NCBI GenBank assembly: GCA_033977065.1
Contig: JAXCHI010000003.1
Span: 1 to 64,000 of the forward strand
Direction of reading: 5' to 3'
Origin: Candidatus Algichlamydia australiensis
GTDB lineage: Bacteria > Chlamydiota > Chlamydiia > Chlamydiales > JAJFMI01
DNA: 64,000 nucleotides
Translations under genes and position numbers: made by a program
Shown: one piece after another, positions 61,843 through 64,000 of the stretch
Numbering within the stretch: the first letter of the stretch is position 1
Layout of the letters: each line of letters starts with the position of its first letter
Notes under the pieces: generated by a model
Seen by the model: only the letters and a program-made list of their open reading frames with translations
What the model was told of the DNA's origin: nothing
Database searches by the model: none

Positions 61843-62640
61843 ATGATTTGTTATGTAAATGGCTTATACACAGATGATCCTAAAATTTCCGGATTCGATC
61901 TCGGAGTACTGCGTGGGCTAGGAATTTTTGATTACTTCATTACTTATGATCGCACTCCTTTTCACTTTTCTGATCATTTTTTGCGTCTAAAAAAAAATGC
62001 TGAAAAAGTTCGTATTAAATTGCCGCACACTGAAAAGGAAGTGCGCGCAATTGTGGATGAATTAATGCAACAAAATCCGAACGGAGAACTCGCTTTCCGT
62101 ATGGTGCTTACAGCGGGCTCAAAAAGAGAGTCGCATTTCATGATTCTTGTTACTGAGATTGACCGCCCCGACCCCACCTATTATCAAACTGGTGTGAAGC
62201 TCCAAACAGCTATTATCCCTCGCGTCTATCCCGACATTAAGTCTCTTTTTTATATGCCTGCTATACTCGCTCTGAATGAGGCACAAACAATGGGGTTTTT
62301 TGAGGTTTTAGGAAAAACGGAGGCGGGGCAAATTTTAGAAGCCTCGACTGCAAACTTTTTTGCCTACCTTGATGGTAAGCTTTTAACACCAGCTCAAGGT
62401 GTTTTGCCAGGAATTACACGAAAAATTATAAAAAACCTTTCACCTGTCTGTGAGAAAGCGCTCCATATTGAAGATATCCCCCGCTTTGAAGAGGCTTTTC
62501 TCTCATCAACAAACAAAGAGATTTTGCCTGTGGTGCAGATTGACAACCAGATTATTGGTGATGGAAGACCGGGGCCAAGGACCAAACAGCTGCACGAGGC
62601 GTATCAAAAATCCATTCGCCCTTTGATTGTCAGCCCGTGA
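61843..62640 (+). CDS. Class IV aminotransferase (branched-chain/D-amino acid-like)
   Basis: YVNG, D.G.LRG.GIF, H..RL, IKS..Y, EASTANFF, LPGITR and EAFLSST motifs. Confidence 0.9.
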   Translation: MICYVNGLYTDDPKISGFDLGVLRGLGIFDYFITYDRTPFHFSDHFLRLKKNAEKVRIKLPHTEKEVRAIVDELMQQNPNGELAFRMVLTAGSKRESHFMILVTEIDRPDPTYYQTGVKLQTAIIPRVYPDIKSLFYMPAILALNEAQTMGFFEVLGKTEAGQILEASTANFFAYLDGKLLTPAQGVLPGITRKIIKNLSPVCEKALHIEDIPRFEEAFLSSTNKEILPVVQIDNQIIGDGRPGPRTKQLHEAYQKSIRPLIVSP

Positions 62641-63605
62641 ATACCAATATCTTTTCCAACGCGCACTGTGTTTAGAGTTGTGTTATCGGGAAAACGCGCG
62701 TATTGCGTAATATTCCATATGTACTGCATCTCATAGTCAAAAGTGATCGCAAAATGGTTGCGCGCTTCATTGAACCAGATCTCCCAGCCGATTCCCGCCT
62801 GCAGATCAACAAGAGGGACCATTCGGGTGTGCTCTTTTGTAAGATCAACCACCTTTACTTCGTCTTGGCGATGTTTTTGGGTTATACTTAAGTCGCCCCA
62901 AAGTGCCGAGAGGGCCAACTCTCCATTCAAGAAAAAGCCTTTTCCTAAGAGTGTGGTTAACTCTGAACCTGCTCGCACTCCCCCACCCCAAAACGCATTT
63001 TCAATTTCAACTTTATACCCTGCCCCAGTAAAGTAAGTTAGATCAAGTTCTTGATCGATCCAACCAATGCGAGGACCGAAAAAGGGGCGTGCAATAAAAG
63101 CTTTGGAGAGAAAGGTCGCACGTCCAATTTCCAAATCTAAAGTTTGAAAGCGGAGAGTAGCATCAATTTTTGCGCGACTCACTTGAGTGGTTTGGATGAT
63201 AGAGGGCACAGCAAGAAGAGGGAAGAGAGAGGCCTCTTGGCAGTCCTCTTTTTCTGAATTGCGAAAATAGGTGTAGAGCAGGTGTAGATCCCACCCATCA
63301 TAGGGAAGAGTGACACCAATACCTGGTCGAATGCCACTGTCAAAATCAAAAGCTACCTCTTTGCTCTTCCCATCAAGGAGAGGCGGCGCAAAAGAGAACG
63401 CGTATTCTGTTCCACTTTGGAATGTTTTCCAGTAAAGGTACTCTAAACTCGCGTAAAATCCCCACGTAGCGCAAGGCCTTGCTGCACGCAGATTAGGGCC
63501 AAAGTCACAGTGCTTATTGACAGCTCCCAGTTCACAAATTTGCTCTTGTAAATCAGCAAAAAAAGTGAGGGGAAAAATCAGAAAAATCAGGAAGTTTCTT
63601 CGCAT
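62604..63605 (-). CDS. MOMP-like / Lpg1974-family outer membrane beta-barrel
   Basis: Signal peptide; EYLYWK, DSGIRPG..YDGWDL, LDLEIGR, FWGGGVRAG; C-terminal GLT..GRMDF. Confidence 0.85.
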   Translation of the reverse strand: MRRNFLIFLIFPLTFFADLQEQICELGAVNKHCDFGPNLRAARPCATWGFYASLEYLYWKTFQSGTEYAFSFAPPLLDGKSKEVAFDFDSGIRPGIGVTLPYDGWDLHLLYTYFRNSEKEDCQEASLFPLLAVPSIIQTTQVSRAKIDATLRFQTLDLEIGRATFLSKAFIARPFFGPRIGWIDQELDLTYFTGAGYKVEIENAFWGGGVRAGSELTTLLGKGFFLNGELALSALWGDLSITQKHRQDEVKVVDLTKEHTRMVPLVDLQAGIGWEIWFNEARNHFAITFDYEMQYIWNITQYARFPDNTTLNTVRVGKDIGIHGLTIKGRMDF

Positions 63606-63646
63606 TACTTGGTAGGTTAAGGCATCTGTGTTAAAAATGGAACTAT

Positions 63647-64000
63647 ATGAAAAAAATTTTATTTACCTTAAGTGCAGTACTCACTCTTTTTGCAGAAAAA
63701 GGCTTTGAGTATGAGCACATCAGTAGCAGCGTCTCTCCTTCTATCCATGTCCTTCGTATCGACCCAAAGGAGTATGAGATTAAACTGGTGCCCGCACTCG
63801 ATGATGGGCTCGGGCTTGAGCGTGTAGCTTCTCTGTGTGAGCGCAAAGGAGCTAAAGCGGGAATTAATGGCAGCTTCTTTGAGTACGATAATAAATACTC
63901 AGGTCTTCCGCGCTGGATTTCAAAAATGGAGGGGCGGTATTTTTCTATTTCAAACCAGTCTCATGCTGCTTTTGGGTGGACAAATGATGGAAAGCTCACA
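63647..64000 (+). CDS. Phosphodiester glycosidase (NAGPA-like) family protein, truncated by the window edge
   Basis: Manual translation MKKILFTLSAVLTLFA...IHVLRIDP...ERVASL...GAKAGINGSFF. Confidence 0.75.
   Translation, partial: MKKILFTLSAVLTLFAEKGFEYEHISSSVSPSIHVLRIDPKEYEIKLVPALDDGLGLERVASLCERKGAKAGINGSFFEYDNKYSGLPRWISKMEGRYFSISNQSHAAFGWTNDGKLT

Overview
Genomic window from an environmental member of the Chlamydiota, probably Simkaniaceae/Parachlamydiales-like. This is inferred from chlamydial synteny (SWIB-ispD-truA; amn-efp; nqrF...yajC-rlmD-like-hctA), a plant-UGP3-like pyrophosphorylase, Inc-like proteins and a MOMP-like porin. Core genes lie at the left end (1-3.7 kb) and from about 43.8 kb onward. 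Between them is a roughly 40 kb plasticity zone. It holds (i) a methyltransferase + small protein + AlkB operon whose products have mitochondrial-presequence-like N-termini; (ii) four polymorphic toxin/immunity modules (two signal-peptide Rhs genes, one split at an A9 tract; a frameshifted mini-Rhs; a TPR-scaffold toxin); (iii) candidate host effectors (OTU-like fragment, ADP-ribosyltransferase-like protein, Inc-like cluster, and further right a RING/U-box protein); (iv) a Fic gene. A recurring architecture appears five times: cargo DNA bracketed by a duplicated end of the neighbouring gene, with no integrase or transposase in the window. A small MITE family (17-bp TIR, 5-bp TSD) and paired palindromes with 54-nt periodicity are also present. 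No rRNA, tRNA or CRISPR array was recognised. All functional calls come from motif reading only; no searches were run.
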